From an uncultured Christensenellaceae bacterium (GTDB taxonomy: Bacteria; Bacillota; Clostridia; Christensenellales; UBA3700): a DNA stretch of 64,000 nt. The DNA lies in NCBI GenBank assembly GCA_944380305.1, contig CALWHF010000003.1:66317-130316 (forward strand), given 5' to 3'. The notes under the pieces were generated by a model. That model was not told the DNA's origin. It worked only from the letters and a program-made list of their open reading frames with translations, and searched no databases. Of this stretch, positions 10,333 through 18,544 are shown piece after piece. Within the stretch, counting starts at the first letter, position 1; each line of letters starts with the position of its first letter. A program made the position numbers and the translations under genes.

Positions 10333-10868
10333 CAGTACCACCTCCGCGCCTTGATCCCGACGGTCCTGACGGGTCTGGTCAGAGCGCGCATATCCTGTCT
10401 GAACCTCTCGGCAAAGCCTTCGCTCTGCTCGTACATGCCGTTTATCATGCAGTATTCGGCACAGGCGGCAAGCGCGACGGTCTTGGAGCTGACCGACGGA
10501 TCTACCTCGCAGTCACCGTCTGCCGTAACGGTTTCGGGAAGATAGCGGTATTCCACCGTGTAGTCGCCGTCTTTGCCCGTCTCGCAATAAAGCGTACGGG
10601 TCTTAAAGCGCACTTCGTTGCCTTCCTTATCCCTGACCGAAACTATCCTGCTTACCCTTTTGGGCATGTTTTCGAAGTAGAACTTGCCGCCCGTAGCACA
10701 CACTTCGCACTCTGCGGTCAGAGGCAGATATTCCTGTGCGATCTCGGAAAGCGCGAAATTGACGCAAAACTGCATCACCTGTAATTCATCGTCCGCAAAT
10801 CCCCCGTTTCCGTTCAGAGCCTTGCCGAGGAAAACGATCGTATTATCGATCACTTCCTGAAGTTTCAT
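10332..10868 (-). CDS. Phage head-tail adaptor-like protein (178 aa, tentative)
   Basis: It lies downstream of the capsid gene and a small ORF, and AGGAGG precedes the ATG at 10868. Its size and position match a podoviral gp4-type adaptor. No motif-level proof is available. Confidence 0.4.
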   Translation of the reverse strand: MKLQEVIDNTIVFLGKALNGNGGFADDELQVMQFCVNFALSEIAQEYLPLTAECEVCATGGKFYFENMPKRVSRIVSVRDKEGNEVRFKTRTLYCETGKDGDYTVEYRYLPETVTADGDCEVDPSVSSKTVALAACAEYCMINGMYEQSEGFAERFRQDMRALTRPVRTVGIKARRWY

Positions 10869-10909
10869 TATGCCTCCTTCGACAAAGGGGAGGACATGCC
10901 TCCCCCCGT

Positions 10910-11227
10910 CTATAATCTTAAATTCCCGACCGCTTGCGTCGCCGCCTTTTCGATCGCTTTTTTCTCAGCGACAGCGTTTTCGTGTTCAATCTCCGCGAGG
11001 ATCTCGTCTATCCTCTCAATCCTCGTCTTTCTGACGTAATCCACGGCGCGGGAGTCGAGCCGATCGTACGGTATAGTCGCCTGAAGGCTGTCGTCGTCCG
11101 CGCTCCTGACCTCGAATTTTCCCCTTCCCGTATTGTAAAACACTCTGTATCTGCCGTCTATGCTCCTTATTCTGTCCGCAACCGAGAACAGATCGTTTTC
11201 GACGGCGACGAGACGGTCTTTCGTCAC
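10910..11227 (-). CDS. Hypothetical phage protein (105 aa, GTG start coupled to the capsid stop)
   Basis: The frame reads VTKDRLVAVENDLFSVADRIRSIDGRYRVFYNTGRGKFEV... and has no internal Met. The only nearby start is GTG at 11227-11225, overlapping the capsid TGA as GTGA. Confidence 0.5.
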   Translation of the reverse strand: MTKDRLVAVENDLFSVADRIRSIDGRYRVFYNTGRGKFEVRSADDDSLQATIPYDRLDSRAVDYVRKTRIERIDEILAEIEHENAVAEKKAIEKAATQAVGNLRL

Positions 11228-12393
11228 GCTGTTATGCCCGACAGCTTGTACTGACCTATCGGCTTGTCGCAGATCAGGTCGGCGTACTTGACAAGCGTTG
11301 CGGAGTAGGTTGCGCTGCCCGCCTTCTGCTTGATGACTCTGCCGCCGTCGCCCTCGAGCCATCTCCAGTCGCACAGCTGGTGCAGCTTGAAATCGCCCGT
11401 ATTCAGCATATACATCGTGCCGTCCTCGACAAATTTGTCCGCAACGACGGGAATACCGTTGAAAGTGACCGCCTTGTAACCGCCGTCGAGATTCATGTAG
11501 TCGAGGTTCATTCTCGCGCTCATGCAGTTGTCGAGATAAAATCTTCTGACGTCGTACGCGCAGACTATCATGTCGATAGTGCCGCCCGCGACTTCCTCTA
11601 CTTCGTCGATCGCACTCTGCATTCCGACGAAAGAGATCGAGCCCACGTTGCTTTTTGAGCCGCTCTTCATCCATTCTCTGCCGCTTCTCGACAAGCCGTA
11701 AAGGTCTTTGTCGGAGAAGATCGCGGCAAGTCCCGTCAGCTCGTTATCTTTGGAACCCTGCACCGTCATATAGTCGCCGTTTTCCACGGCAGCACCAGAC
11801 GCACCGCCGAAAGTTACGGTCTTGTTCGCTCTGTCTATCGAAGTGATCCTGACTCCTCTCAGCCCGTCGCGTACGGTGTCGGTCGAGCCGTCGTAAACGT
11901 CTACGACCATGCCTTCCATAAGGTTCTTGACGCTCGCCGCTACGACCTTGTTGTTCGCTCCGCCCTGAGCGGTCACGGTCGCTATCTTGCCCGAGCCGTC
12001 ACCGTAAAGCATTCTTCCGAGATTGAACTTGGACGCCTTGAGCAGCCCTTCCATCTCTGCGTCGAGCAGATTCACGAACGCGCCTACGCTGTTCTGCGAC
12101 GCCCTGATCGCTTTATCCGAAAGCTCTATCGTGCCGTAAAGGTTCTTGAGCTCGAGTCTGAAACGGTCATAGTTGTTGGATGCCGCGGCGGGAAGATCTC
12201 CCGTCTCGGTTCCCGCACCGATACCGCCGTTGAGACCGTACGGCACAAGCTTGACTATTTCCTTGCCCCAGACGTCTGAGCTCGTCTGCTTGATCTTCGC
12301 GAGCAGCGGATTCACGCCCACGTTGAGCTGATTGGCTACCACGCCGAGATATACAGTTTTGAGTGCCTTCTCGGCAGTTTCCATTGTTACCAT
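11224..12393 (-). CDS. Phage major capsid protein (HK97-fold type)
   Basis: The 389-aa protein begins MVTMETAEKALKTVYLGVVANQLN...LELKNLYGTIELSDKAIRASQN... and follows the scaffold gene directly. AGGAGGA lies 8 nt upstream of the ATG. Confidence 0.8.
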   Translation of the reverse strand: MVTMETAEKALKTVYLGVVANQLNVGVNPLLAKIKQTSSDVWGKEIVKLVPYGLNGGIGAGTETGDLPAAASNNYDRFRLELKNLYGTIELSDKAIRASQNSVGAFVNLLDAEMEGLLKASKFNLGRMLYGDGSGKIATVTAQGGANNKVVAASVKNLMEGMVVDVYDGSTDTVRDGLRGVRITSIDRANKTVTFGGASGAAVENGDYMTVQGSKDNELTGLAAIFSDKDLYGLSRSGREWMKSGSKSNVGSISFVGMQSAIDEVEEVAGGTIDMIVCAYDVRRFYLDNCMSARMNLDYMNLDGGYKAVTFNGIPVVADKFVEDGTMYMLNTGDFKLHQLCDWRWLEGDGGRVIKQKAGSATYSATLVKYADLICDKPIGQYKLSGITA

Positions 12394-12396
12394 ATC

Positions 12397-13116
12397 TTAT
12401 ATCCTCCTGTTTTCGAGCATATTTTTCACTATACCGCCCGCTTCGCGTATGCTCTTCGGTCGCGAAGGCGGCGTGAGATGCGTTCTCCCGCTTGCGGCAA
12501 TGGTCGGCGGGACGCGCGTCTCTATCTTTTCGCGGAGATAATCCTCTATTATCCTCTCTCTGACCCTCTCGCTCGCATAGACGTATTTCTCGAGAAATCC
12601 GTCGTCTGCCGCGAGCTCTTCATAGGGTCTGTCGGCGGCTCTGAGCACGCGGAAATAGGCTTGTTCCAGGCAGTCGCTTTGCGTTGCCAGCTCTCTGTCC
12701 TTCGCAAGCTCTTTCGCGATTTCGTGCGCGTGTCTTGCCGCCGAGGGGTATTTTTGCATAAAACCGCTCACCCTGCCGTCCCAGTCTTCGGACTCGTAAA
12801 AGGGAGTTGGCGCACCGTCGCCGTTCTCTGCCGTCGGCAAATCCGTATGCTGCCCCTCCGGTCGCGACGTCTGCGGCTCCCTTTCTCCTTCGTCCTCTTT
12901 GCGCTCGCCCGATCTTGCCGTTTCGAGTTCGCGCACGAGGGCGGAATTCGCCTGACATTTTTTCGTGAATTCCCTCTGCAGGTTGTCGTATGCCTTTTCA
13001 AGTTCTTCCGCAGAAAAAAACTTGTTGCAAAAGGCGGGTCTCTCCTTGTCTTTGCCGTCCGCGTTCGCGGTATCGGCAAGGGGGAGCTGCTCCGTTTGTT
13101 TTTGCGTATCTTCCAT
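12397..13116 (-). CDS. Phage scaffolding protein
   Basis: The 239-aa acidic, helical protein sits between portal and capsid. It carries the typical FFSAEELEKAYDNLQREF segment, and GGAGGG precedes the ATG. Confidence 0.6.
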   Translation of the reverse strand: MEDTQKQTEQLPLADTANADGKDKERPAFCNKFFSAEELEKAYDNLQREFTKKCQANSALVRELETARSGERKEDEGEREPQTSRPEGQHTDLPTAENGDGAPTPFYESEDWDGRVSGFMQKYPSAARHAHEIAKELAKDRELATQSDCLEQAYFRVLRAADRPYEELAADDGFLEKYVYASERVRERIIEDYLREKIETRVPPTIAASGRTHLTPPSRPKSIREAGGIVKNMLENRRI

Positions 13117-13136
13117 ATATCCCTCCGCCGTAAGTC

Positions 13137-15017
13137 TTATTTATCGCCCGTGCTTTCGTCCGTATTCCGCGCCGCAGCCGACGAAAGCGCGTACATCTGA
13201 TGTTCTTTTATATGAGCGTCCATCTCGGCGTACAGCTTTGCGTCTTTCAGCACGCTGTCCTCGAGAAGGCACTTGATATGCTCGTCGATGTGTATCGAGT
13301 GATCGTCGTACGGACAAGCGGAGATCCTCTCCTTGCCGAGCGAAAGATTCTCTCTCATCGCGCGCTTTCTCTGCGTTTCGTCCACGTCCTTCGCGCTCTC
13401 CCAGTTGCCTATGCCGAGCATCTCGAGCACTTTGACTTTCGTTCGCGGACTCATCGTACCGTCCTGTTCTGCAAGCACTCCCATGCGTATCAGTTCTATC
13501 ACCATGTTGCGCTTTTCGGCAGTGGTCTGAGTCACGTCGTCGTTCGTGTCGAATACCAGATCCTCGCATTGCAGATCGTTGCCCGTGAAATAGGTCAGCT
13601 CGGGTTCTCCGTTCTCGCCGGTGATACGCTTGAGCCTCTTCTGCGTCGCGAACTGCTTATAGAGGTAAAGCAGCATTCTGCACACTCTCTTTATGCACAG
13701 CCTGAGCGACGCCGTGGACAGCGAAAGTCTGGTATCGTCCTGACTCACGAGCAGCGAGATAGCCTTGCCCGACATGTTGCCGTAGGTCTGCGAATACTTG
13801 CTCAGTTCGCTGACGCCGCTGACCGTGACGAATTCCGAAAGCAGTCTTTCTTCTTCGTATGTGAAGTCCGCGGGCACGCTTCCCGTCTCTATGAACCTGG
13901 GAATGTTCGACCCTTGTCTGTATATCAGCACTTTGCCGGGAGAGAGTCCCTCTTCCTCCAGATTATCCATATCCACGCTGCCGTCCTCGACAGCGAGTAT
14001 CCCCATCGAAATGCGGTTCAGATATTCGTGCTTTCTGTTCTTGACCGCGTTGTAACTGCGTTGCAGCGGGATCATTCTCTCGACGACGGAAGTGCCGAAG
14101 AAACTGCCGACCTTCTTTATGCAGTCTGTCTTTGCGAAAGGAAATCCCCTCCTCGACTGAACGTCGGTGATATACGGCAGCCCGCCGTAATACAGCAGTT
14201 TGTCTCCCGCTATTATCGCAAGCTCTCCTTCGGGCTTGTCTTTGGTGGGTCTCGTATATCTTTCTATCACTACCGCATAGCCGTCCACCTTTGAAGAGAT
14301 CACGTTGCCTACGCTCGCGTTGTACCCGAGTCCGCCCGCAACGGACGCGTTGTCGAGAGTGAACACGTTGACTTCTTCGCCGTCTGTCTTCACCCCCCAT
14401 ATATCCTCGATCTCGGATACGGGATATGCCTTCGCGTGTATGATGCTTGCACATTCCTCAAGCGAATTCGCACAGACGTTGTCGGGGAAAATCTCGAACG
14501 GCGGCACTACGCTTATACGCACGTCTCCTACACGGACATGATTTTTTTGCTTGTCTTCTCCTATGCTTTCGCCGAGATCCCTGTCCCACGTCACCTTGAA
14601 GAAACAAGTGCCTGCCACCTCGCTCCAAGCGACCGCGTCGTTGATGAGAGACGGCATGTCGTTCTGCTCTGCGACCGCATTTATCAGAGCGGTCGACAGC
14701 TTTGCGGACTGTATATCCGATTCGTCGTTCGAAAAAGGTCTGACGGTTACGCCCGTATTCACTCTCGTCAGCTTTGACATCCTCGTCTCGAGCACGGACG
14801 CGATGTGGTTGTAGACCTCTCTTTCCTGCCAGAAATACTGCTTGCCGAATTCTTCGACGTCGCCTGTCGGCATTATCTGCATATACTGGTTGCCGTTTAC
14901 GAAATTCATGTTGAGCTGCCATTGCAGTTCGAGCGGCTTTCTGTCCTCTCTCCGCTTTTCGTAATCCTTTCTGACGTCTGCGACGATGTCTTCGGCAAAT
15001 AACTTTTTGTCTTTCAT
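13137..15017 (-). CDS. Phage portal protein
   Basis: The 626-aa protein begins MKDKKLFAEDIVADVRKDYEKRREDRKPLELQWQLNMNFVNGNQY.... It lies downstream of the terminase module, and its ATG overlaps the upstream stop as ATGA. Confidence 0.8.
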   Translation of the reverse strand: MKDKKLFAEDIVADVRKDYEKRREDRKPLELQWQLNMNFVNGNQYMQIMPTGDVEEFGKQYFWQEREVYNHIASVLETRMSKLTRVNTGVTVRPFSNDESDIQSAKLSTALINAVAEQNDMPSLINDAVAWSEVAGTCFFKVTWDRDLGESIGEDKQKNHVRVGDVRISVVPPFEIFPDNVCANSLEECASIIHAKAYPVSEIEDIWGVKTDGEEVNVFTLDNASVAGGLGYNASVGNVISSKVDGYAVVIERYTRPTKDKPEGELAIIAGDKLLYYGGLPYITDVQSRRGFPFAKTDCIKKVGSFFGTSVVERMIPLQRSYNAVKNRKHEYLNRISMGILAVEDGSVDMDNLEEEGLSPGKVLIYRQGSNIPRFIETGSVPADFTYEEERLLSEFVTVSGVSELSKYSQTYGNMSGKAISLLVSQDDTRLSLSTASLRLCIKRVCRMLLYLYKQFATQKRLKRITGENGEPELTYFTGNDLQCEDLVFDTNDDVTQTTAEKRNMVIELIRMGVLAEQDGTMSPRTKVKVLEMLGIGNWESAKDVDETQRKRAMRENLSLGKERISACPYDDHSIHIDEHIKCLLEDSVLKDAKLYAEMDAHIKEHQMYALSSAAARNTDESTGDK

Positions 15018-15229
15018 ACGCCCTCTCCTCTTTTCTTGTTGAGCATGTTTTTAGGGCTTTTCGGTGTCAGTATTTTACCGATCTGTCCATAAAGCTCCCT
15101 GATGCAATCTTCGCAAAGATTGAGCGAATTGCGACTGTCGCCGTTTTCGGCGACGAATTGAAATGCCGCCGTGTTTTTACACGTCGGCATCTCGCACCTT
15201 GTCTTTACTCCGAGTTTTCGAACCTGCAT
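15014..15229 (-). CDS. Small zinc-ribbon-like phage protein (71 aa)
   Basis: Cys pairs CEMPTC...CEDC are present, and a strong AGGAGG lies 7 nt before the ATG at 15229. Its 5' end overlaps the preceding ORF out of frame by 53 nt. Confidence 0.55.
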   Translation of the reverse strand: MQVRKLGVKTRCEMPTCKNTAAFQFVAENGDSRNSLNLCEDCIRELYGQIGKILTPKSPKNMLNKKRGEGV

Positions 15230-15497
15230 TTTGTTCCTCCTTCTCTTTTATCTTTTCTAGCTCTTTGAGAAGTCTGATCCTCAGCTCCTCGAGCTGTTTG
15301 TCCGTATACCCCTTGAGAGGGTCTTCCTGCGTCCGCTCCAGCACCGCTTTGATCGCGGTCGTATCGGGCGGTATATACTTTTTGGATACCTTACATTTCG
15401 TAACTTCCTTGTCTCGGTCGTACTCCTCGACCGTTTCTTCGACGAAATATCCCGTCGCCTTTTTCATAAGAATGCTGTCTATATTCTTTCTTCTCAT
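15177..15497 (-). CDS. TerS-like C-terminal fragment protein (106 aa)
   Basis: VSKKYIPPDTTAIKAVLE resembles the conserved ...IPPD.TA.IFWLKNR segment of small terminase subunits, but no N-terminal HTH domain is present. The ATG overlaps the terL stop as ATGA. Its position downstream of terL is atypical. Confidence 0.45.
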   Translation of the reverse strand: MRRKNIDSILMKKATGYFVEETVEEYDRDKEVTKCKVSKKYIPPDTTAIKAVLERTQEDPLKGYTDKQLEELRIRLLKELEKIKEKEEQNAGSKTRSKDKVRDADV

Positions 15498-16921
15498 AGT
15501 CCTCTCCGACGAATTTTGCTTATCAGCCTGTCTTTATCCCGCTGTATGACCGTCTTTCGCTCTTTGGGAGTTTTTGCGGGTTCGGGCTTTGTCATGATAT
15601 AGTACCTCAGCGCGTCCAGAGCGTGATCGTCTTTCTTTACTGGTCTGTCTCCCGTTCCCCACCAGTACGACTTCAGCTCGCGTATCAGATTTACGCAACA
15701 CGGGAATATCTTTATCCTGTCCGTCGCGAAATAGGATTTTACGCGCGCTATACCGCTGAAAAGATCTTTGTCCACATGCGTGTTTACCAATATGTCTCTT
15801 TCGTAAAACAAGTCCGCCACGCTCTTCGCGCTCGCTAGCGTCTTCTGCGTCGCCGCGCTGTCTATAAGTGCCTCGAGCCGTCCTTTGCCGTCCCTGTGCC
15901 ATCCGAGAGAATTTGCAGTCTCGAAAATCTTTTTTGCGTGATAGTCTATATCTCTTCCCGCCTCGTACCACTCTCCGACGACGTAGACCGTGCCGTCGTG
16001 ATCGGTCGCGAAAAACAGACAGGCGAGCGGATTGTTCAGCCCGGGATCTATGCTTATCGTATCCTGCCAGTCGAAAGGCACTTCGAAGGGACTTTCGAGA
16101 ACGTGACGCGACGGATCGAACTCTCTGTATACTATCCCTTCCGCCGCGCTGAACTTGCCGTATCTTCTCGAGTTAAGCGTCTCTTCGTCCATGCACGCGC
16201 TGAGCGCGGCTATCTCGTCCTTATCGAGGAACGGATTGTCTGCCCACTCCATTTCTGTACACCAGACCTCTTTGTCTCCGCCGCTGTTCAGATATATCGC
16301 ATCGTACACCCACGTCAGACCTTTGAGCGGCGTCATTGTGCCCCACACTTCGCCTTTGCGATCGAGGACGCGCATACGACATTCCTGATATATATCTAAC
16401 GGCGGCTCCTCGTCGAACCAAACGAAATCGAGCGACGTGCCCTGAAACTTCTCTCTGCCCTGGTCGCAGCTCTTGAACGCGACTTTAGACAATCCGCCCG
16501 ACACGTTCTTTATCAGAATATAGTCGATTATACCGTACTGCGCGCTTTCCTTTCTGCCCGACGACATGACTATATCCTCTATCCAGTCGGGATTGAGGTA
16601 TGACAAAAACTTGCTTTGCGCGACGTCTCTCTGCACCTCGTAGGACAGCGAAACTATCCAGCCCTCAACCTCGCCCCTGTTCTTGCGGTACGGATGTATC
16701 CCTCTTGCCCACCATACCGCCTCGACCGCTCCGCACTCGGTCTTGCCGCTGCGATTGCCGCCGAATACCCAGCGGTTGCGCTTCTGACACCTGTGGAACG
16801 CCATCTGTTTTTCGTGCACTTTGTCGCCCGTATTGTAACGTGCCAGTCTGTCGTTGTCATAGCGGCGTTTCTGCTCGTTTTCTATCGCGATTATCCTCGA
16901 CAATATCTCTTTTTCTGTCAT
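15494..16921 (-). CDS. terL: Phage terminase large subunit
   Basis: Walker A is GGNRSGKTECG and the Walker B-like motif is LDFVWFDEEP, with a nuclease-half pattern in the C-terminus. The start is set at MTEKEILS (ATG 16921), directly after GGGAGGA. The longer track ORF reaching 17107 is unsupported. Confidence 0.85.
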   Translation of the reverse strand: MTEKEILSRIIAIENEQKRRYDNDRLARYNTGDKVHEKQMAFHRCQKRNRWVFGGNRSGKTECGAVEAVWWARGIHPYRKNRGEVEGWIVSLSYEVQRDVAQSKFLSYLNPDWIEDIVMSSGRKESAQYGIIDYILIKNVSGGLSKVAFKSCDQGREKFQGTSLDFVWFDEEPPLDIYQECRMRVLDRKGEVWGTMTPLKGLTWVYDAIYLNSGGDKEVWCTEMEWADNPFLDKDEIAALSACMDEETLNSRRYGKFSAAEGIVYREFDPSRHVLESPFEVPFDWQDTISIDPGLNNPLACLFFATDHDGTVYVVGEWYEAGRDIDYHAKKIFETANSLGWHRDGKGRLEALIDSAATQKTLASAKSVADLFYERDILVNTHVDKDLFSGIARVKSYFATDRIKIFPCCVNLIRELKSYWWGTGDRPVKKDDHALDALRYYIMTKPEPAKTPKERKTVIQRDKDRLISKIRRRGL

Positions 16922-17045
16922 AATCCTCCCCGAAACGCCATACTTTTTACAATAAATAACCGTTTTTCCTGTTGCGATATTTCTCGCATAGTGTATAATA
17001 TTAGTAACCCTGCGGGCGGTTTCCGCCTGCTTTACGGAGCGTAAA

Positions 17046-17888
17046 ATGAAAAAAATTGCTTTAGTCAGTCTGCTGATAATTGCCGTATGTCTGCTCTCTG
17101 CGAGCACGGCTTTTGCGGATACTCAAGCCTCGGGCGGACAGACTTTTTATATCGCAAACGAAAATCTGACCGTATACGTCGCATCGGGCGAAGGATACCA
17201 GGCGGCATTCGTGATCCCCAAGACGTATTACTTCCGCACGCTTTCCAACAACGGCAACTATACGTCGATAGTCTACAACAAGAATACCGACTACGGCATA
17301 AGCCTGTATGTCATGACAAGCGATTTAGAGAACAAAGCCGCCGTGACAAAGGACGCCGTGACCGACGAAAAAGCGTATTACAATATACCCGTCGCCGACG
17401 TCGTGCTGTCCGACAAGAATTCGACCAACTTCTACAAACCCGATAATCTCATCGAATACAACACCAAGGGTGAGAATATATCAGAGATCCGTCGTATCCT
17501 CGGCGTTTATCAGTACGGCAACGAGGTCTACTTCTCAGCTGTAGTCAACGTAAATTCAACCAACAAGCTGATGCTGTTCAAAGCGACGGAAACTAACCGC
17601 GCGGATTTCACGCTCGCGTCCATTCCTCTGCACGAGATAACGATAGACAAAAACAACGCGCAGAACGAAGGCGTGATCTCGACCCCCGGCGGCAGTAATA
17701 CAGACGTAACGGGCAACAACGTGATACGCAACGTGATGATTGCGGTCATCTGCATACTGTGCGTGCTTGTCGTCTTCCTTATATTCCGTCCGACAAAGAA
17801 CGCGAAAAACCGTTACGAAATGGACAATCGCGAAAACGCGGACAGAGGTTACGACGATTACGATCCCCGCTACGGCGACCGCCGCTAA
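17046..17888 (+). CDS. Secreted, C-terminally membrane-anchored protein of unknown function
   Basis: A signal peptide MKKIALVSLLIIAVCLLSASTAFA is followed by a domain of about 200 aa, a TM helix (VMIAVICILCVLVVFLIF) and an R/D/Y-rich tail. A TTGCGA-16-TATAAT promoter-like motif and a GGAG site lie upstream. The gene converges on the regulator gene with 4 nt of overlap. Confidence 0.7.
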   Translation: MKKIALVSLLIIAVCLLSASTAFADTQASGGQTFYIANENLTVYVASGEGYQAAFVIPKTYYFRTLSNNGNYTSIVYNKNTDYGISLYVMTSDLENKAAVTKDAVTDEKAYYNIPVADVVLSDKNSTNFYKPDNLIEYNTKGENISEIRRILGVYQYGNEVYFSAVVNVNSTNKLMLFKATETNRADFTLASIPLHEITIDKNNAQNEGVISTPGGSNTDVTGNNVIRNVMIAVICILCVLVVFLIFRPTKNAKNRYEMDNRENADRGYDDYDPRYGDRR

Positions 17889-18463
17889 TCCGAACAGCCT
17901 ATTGCCGCAGCTCTCTTATCCGGGAGCAACAGCCTCGCGGCGACGGCATCCTCTATCCTCAACATGAGTTTTTTGCTGTCAGACAGCTTACCCGCGCGGC
18001 CGAAAACGTCCGCGCCTTTTTTCGCCTGTTCGTAATAACCGCCTATCAGTACGTCGCCCGAATATCTCTTTTCGAACCACTTTGCGTCGTAACCTTCGGC
18101 AAGCAGCGCGCAAGCCGCCTTTTTCAAAGCCTCCCCGTACCAACGGAAAGCACTCCTCTTAGAATACTCAAGTTTGTCCGCGATCTCTTCCATCGTCAAC
18201 GGGTAATGCGCCCTTAAATAAAGTATCTGCGCATATCTGAGCGGCAGTTTTTCGAGAACTTTATCTACAAGTACTTTTGCGTTTATGTAGCTTTCCGACC
18301 TTGCGTTGCACTCTATCATTTTACCGACGAGTCCCATGGTGTCCTCACAGTAAAATCCGCTTTCCGCAAGCGAACGCGAAGTCTGCTTGCAAGCCGCAAC
18401 GGCTCTTGGCAAACGTCTGTACGCGGCTAATATTGCCGTGACCCAACAAATCAAATCATCCAT
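17885..18463 (-). CDS. Sigma-70 region-4-like / RinA-ArpU-Xpf-type phage late-gene activator (tentative)
   Basis: The 192-aa protein has an HTH segment LRAHYPLTMEEIADKLEYSKRSAFRWYGEALKKAA typical of sigma region 4 and phage late activators. GGAGGG precedes the ATG. Confidence 0.5.
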   Translation of the reverse strand: MDDLICWVTAILAAYRRLPRAVAACKQTSRSLAESGFYCEDTMGLVGKMIECNARSESYINAKVLVDKVLEKLPLRYAQILYLRAHYPLTMEEIADKLEYSKRSAFRWYGEALKKAACALLAEGYDAKWFEKRYSGDVLIGGYYEQAKKGADVFGRAGKLSDSKKLMLRIEDAVAARLLLPDKRAAAIGCSD

Positions 18464-18482
18464 ACCCTTCCCTCCGAAAAAC

Positions 18483-18511
18483 AGTATATTACCGCGGCTA
18501 CCTCAAATCAA
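18483..18511 (-). promoter_or_regulatory. Candidate sigma-A promoter of the regulator gene
   Basis: On the minus strand, TTGATT (18511-18506), a 17-nt spacer and TATACT (18488-18483) lie about 20 nt upstream of the RBS and ATG. Confidence 0.4.
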
Positions 18512-18530
18512 TCTTTAGTGCCAAATTTTA

Positions 18531-18544
18531 TGAACGTATGTTCG
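18531..18544. promoter_or_regulatory. Candidate LexA (Cheo/SOS) box
   Basis: The plus strand reads TGAACGTATGTTCG, and the reverse reads CGAACATACGTTCA. This matches the Gram-positive consensus CGAAC-RNRY-GTTC at 13 of 14 positions. It lies about 20 nt upstream of the candidate -35. Confidence 0.35.

Larger units (their letters stand above)
6890..18463 (-). mobile_element. Compact phage-derived head/packaging/short-tail cassette (defective prophage, satellite or domesticated GTA-like element)
   Basis: Fifteen minus-strand ORFs plus one plus-strand ORF run from a sigma/RinA-like regulator through TerL, portal, scaffold, capsid and adaptor/hub-like genes to the holins. Many junctions are ATGA/GTGA start-stop overlaps. 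Housekeeping genes with terminators flank both sides. No integrase, repressor, replication, tape measure, fibre or endolysin gene is recognisable inside. Confidence 0.8.
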
